Below are positions 44,243 through 44,638 of a DNA stretch of 44,638 bases, one piece after another. A model generated the notes under the pieces. That model was given only the letters and a program-made list of their open reading frames with translations, ran no database searches and was not told the origin of the DNA. How positions within the stretch are numbered: position 1 is the first letter of the stretch; every line of letters starts with the position of its first letter. The DNA comes from a virus (Duplodnaviria > Caudoviricetes), in IMG/VR virus record IMGVR_UViG_3300048579_000191, positions 1 through 44,638 of that record. One strand, 5' to 3'. Both the position numbers and the translations under genes were made by a program.

Positions 44243-44631
44243 GGTGCTGCCCTCCGCGCTGGGCGGACACGGCTGGTGAATCCGTGATCCGCCAGCGCGC
44301 CCAGCGCATCGTCCAGGCTGCGCACCAGCGCCCAGCCGAAACCCTGTGCCAGCACGGCATCGCGGAATGCTTCCTGGTCGGGGCGCAATCGACCCTTGGG
44401 TGCCTTCAGTTCCAGAAACAGGACGCGCCCATCGCAGATCACCATCAGATCGGCAAAACCGGCATGCACGCCCATGCCGACCAGGATCGCCTGACGTTTT
44501 GCGCCACGGGGGCCAGGTTCGGTGACCTCGTTGGCGCAATGGTGGATGATGGCGGTGCGGGGCAGGGCAACGCGCAGCGCCTGCACGACCGCTCGCTGAA
44601 GATCGGCTTCGGGGGTGCCACGACGCGTCAT
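44239..44631 (-). CDS. VRR-NUC domain nuclease
   Basis: EADLQ, MGVHAGFADL, FLELKAPKGRLRPDQ. Confidence 0.9.
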   Translation of the reverse strand: MTRRGTPEADLQRAVVQALRVALPRTAIIHHCANEVTEPGPRGAKRQAILVGMGVHAGFADLMVICDGRVLFLELKAPKGRLRPDQEAFRDAVLAQGFGWALVRSLDDALGALADHGFTSRVRPARRAAP

Positions 44632-44638
44632 CGTGCTT

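Larger units (their letters stand above)
8771..44638 (-). mobile_element. Prophage (siphovirus-type; lambda-like head, RcGTA-like baseplate), continuing beyond the window
   Basis: Continuous minus-strand order: replication, methylases, terminase, portal, protease, decoration, capsid, tail, baseplate, lysis. Confidence 0.93.

Overview
High-GC, Rhodobacteraceae-like accessory DNA made of two mobile blocks that meet at a duplicated 3' half of tRNA-fMet (4745-4791). The left block (1-4744) is the end of a tyrosine-integrase island. It carries a complete retron of type VI layout: a promoter, a structured ncRNA that hides a 47-aa membrane peptide with a sequestered RBS, an XRE HTH protein and a reverse transcriptase. 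The right block starts with a lower-GC TerY-P-like triad (PP2C, vWA, kinase) whose kinase is fused to an N-terminal PIN nuclease, a Zn ribbon and C-terminal TM helices. It continues as about 36 kb of minus-strand prophage with lysis genes, an RcGTA-like baseplate, a tape measure gene, a frameshifted tail chaperone, a lambda-like head and terminase, two ParB-methylases, a putative cos site, a C5-MTase/REase pair, a C5-MTase split over two overlapping reading frames, and a replication initiator with iterons. Morons (DUF1186/SEC-C, a secreted protein, a HEPN-like protein) and an IS5-family element interrupt the late region. All calls come from reading motifs by eye; no database searches or folding programs were run.
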